Under the pieces are notes generated by a model that searched no databases, was not told the DNA's origin, and was given only the letters and a program-made list of their open reading frames with translations. A program made the position numbers and the translations under genes. DNA of 5,913 nt, from the IMG/VR virus record IMGVR_UViG_2667527959_000008, positions 1 to 5,913 of that record; one strand, 5' to 3'. This DNA is from a virus (taxonomy: Duplodnaviria; Heunggongvirae; Uroviricota; Caudoviricetes). Below are positions 4,969-5,913 of the stretch, one piece after another (the first letter of the stretch is position 1; every line of letters begins with the position of its first letter).

Positions 4969-5101
4969 CATACCTAAGAAACTTCGCAGAGGTTTCTAAG
5001 TTATGAGACGGCGGCCATCCACCGCCCATTGAAACACTGAATAAATGCGTTGAAGTCTTGTATTAACCGTTCCGTTCGCCGCGATAAGGCCAAGAGGATT
5101 T

Positions 5102-5311
5102 ATGAGTGATTTGGAGTTGGGCTTAAAGATATACGCATTATGGTTTGTCGGGACGTTTCTGCTCGGCATAGCAATCAACTCGCTGACGAAAAAAGAACAT
5201 CGCCAGCCAATTTCAAAACTAGCCATTGACCATGTACGCATGTCTTCCGCAATAACCATTGTGGGCCTGATTGTGTGCGGTATGGTCTGGTTCTTATTCA
5301 AGGTGGTGTGA
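5102..5311 (+). CDS. Small membrane protein (69 aa, two predicted TM helices)
   Basis: Strong SD AAGAGGA 4-5 nt upstream of the ATG. Hydrophobic segments IYALWFVGTFLLGIAI and AITIVGLIVCGMVWFLF. Stop TGA (5309-5311) is 1 nt before the next ATG (5313). Confidence 0.6.
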   Translation: MSDLELGLKIYALWFVGTFLLGIAINSLTKKEHRQPISKLAIDHVRMSSAITIVGLIVCGMVWFLFKVV

Positions 5312-5312
5312 G

Positions 5313-5471
5313 ATGACAGTCACCCACAACGGCAAGCAGTACACCGACAAAAAGCTCAACGATAACGAGTGGCAGCTGACGTCGGTATCGGCACCGCGCG
5401 ACAAGCTGACGCTGAACCGCCAACAGATGAATATCGCTGGCCTCCTGGAACAGGTTGAGGTGAAGGTATGA
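5313..5471 (+). CDS. Hypothetical small protein (52 aa)
   Basis: ATG at 5313 preceded by AAGGTGG. Stop TGA (5469-5471) overlaps the next ATG (5468-5470) as ATGA. Sits in the position occupied by cIII (before kil) in lambda, but no sequence resemblance recognised. Confidence 0.5.
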   Translation: MTVTHNGKQYTDKKLNDNEWQLTSVSAPRDKLTLNRQQMNIAGLLEQVEVKV

Positions 5472-5608
5472 TCAATCATCACCTGCTGCGCGCCGCGCAG
5501 AGCAAAGCAGCCATTGCCCTGTTTATCGGTGATGGCGCCATGTGGATGGCAGCCTACGACGAAATGAAGGTTGCCATCGGTTATCCGTGGCATAGAAAAA
5601 CAGCCTAA
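5468..5608 (+). CDS. Small protein (46 aa), possibly Kil-like host division inhibitor
   Basis: ORF MINHHLLRAAQSKAAIALFIGDGAMWMAAYDEMKVAIGYPWHRKTA. Size and position in the early-left operon fit lambda kil (47 codons), and the A-x-Q-x-K ... FIGD motif resembles my recollection of Kil. Homology is unverified. Confidence 0.45.
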   Translation: MINHHLLRAAQSKAAIALFIGDGAMWMAAYDEMKVAIGYPWHRKTA

Positions 5609-5678
5609 TTCCCCTATTCAACCGATCGGCCTGGCTAAAAGCGGGCGGGATCTGCACATCCAAATTTCAGGAGAAACC

Positions 5679-5913
5679 ATGAGCGAAGTAATGGACTTAA
5701 CTGTCATCGAAATCACGCCGGAGCAGGCGCCAGCGCTTTACGTAGCGGGCGGCCTTGACGCTTACCTCGAGCAAATCCGCCAGGCAGTAAACGAAGTGCC
5801 GGACCTGTCAACGAAGAAAGGCCGTGACCGTGTCGCCTCTCTGGCGGCGCAGGTGTCGCGCAGAGAAACAGGCTCAATGGAAAGCAGCAAATCCCCTGTT
5901 GGTTGGGGTAAGC
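5679..5913 (+). CDS. Hypothetical protein, 5' part only (runs off the window end)
   Basis: Strong SD AGGAGA 5 nt upstream of the ATG at 5679; open to the end of the window (78+ codons: MSEVMDLTVIEITPEQAPALYVAGGLDAYLEQIRQ...). In lambda the genes after kil are gam/bet/exo, but no resemblance to lambda Gam or Bet was recognised. Confidence 0.55.
   Translation, partial: MSEVMDLTVIEITPEQAPALYVAGGLDAYLEQIRQAVNEVPDLSTKKGRDRVASLAAQVSRRETGSMESSKSPVGWGK

Noticed and set aside
4831-4971. N-terminal extension of the 92-aa gene (139-aa reading from 4971)
   Set aside because: It would be translated across the gene's own candidate promoter, the direct repeats and the terminator hairpin. The internal ATG at 4830 has a proper SD.
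4841-5029. 62-aa minus-strand ORF
   Set aside because: Spans the intrinsic terminator and intergenic region; Gly/Pro-rich shadow frame; no SD.
4996-5301. 101-aa minus-strand ORF antisense to the membrane-protein gene
   Set aside because: The plus-strand gene has a strong SD and is translationally coupled to downstream ORFs; the minus ORF lacks any start context.
5271-5312. Upstream extension of the 52-aa ORF (66-aa reading from 5271)
   Set aside because: The extension overlaps the 3' end of the membrane-protein gene. The ATG at 5313 is preceded by AAGGTGG and sits 1 nt after the upstream stop.
5294-5593. 99-aa minus-strand ORF
   Set aside because: Antisense to three coupled plus-strand ORFs; Cys/His-rich atypical composition; no SD.
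1-5913. CRISPR array, tRNA/rRNA, or transposase/IS element
   Set aside because: No regularly spaced repeat-spacer structure, no tRNA-like cloverleaf candidates, and no transposase-like ORF or terminal inverted repeats. The repeats present are iterons, operators and the promoter-associated 12-mers.

Overview
This window reads as the immunity and replication core of a lambdoid (lambda/P22-like) prophage, shown in the reverse of the usual lambda map orientation. From high to low coordinates on the minus strand lie cro, cII, a 90-aa unknown ORF, an O-like replication initiator with an embedded iteron/AT-rich origin, and a DnaB-type replicative helicase followed by an intrinsic terminator. Divergent from cro on the plus strand is a cI-type repressor (HTH plus S24/LexA-like autopeptidase domain). 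The cro/cI intergenic region carries two identical 15-bp palindromic operators, and lambda-like PRE and OOP-antisense architectures are recognisable around cII. Past cI, where lambda-like phages carry PL and the N antiterminator, there is no arginine-rich N-like ORF. Instead there is a convergent, 3'-overlapping pair of small genes (a 57-aa acidic ORF on plus, a 92-aa ORF on minus with its own promoter and direct repeats), then a plus-strand terminator, then a tightly coupled plus-strand operon of small proteins (a 2-TM membrane protein, a 52-aa ORF, a 46-aa possibly Kil-like ORF, and a truncated gene). The convergent pair and the small membrane-protein operon are the best candidates for an undescribed accessory (exclusion/defence or host-modulation) module. 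All calls rest on reading the sequence and on remembered protein families; no database search was run.
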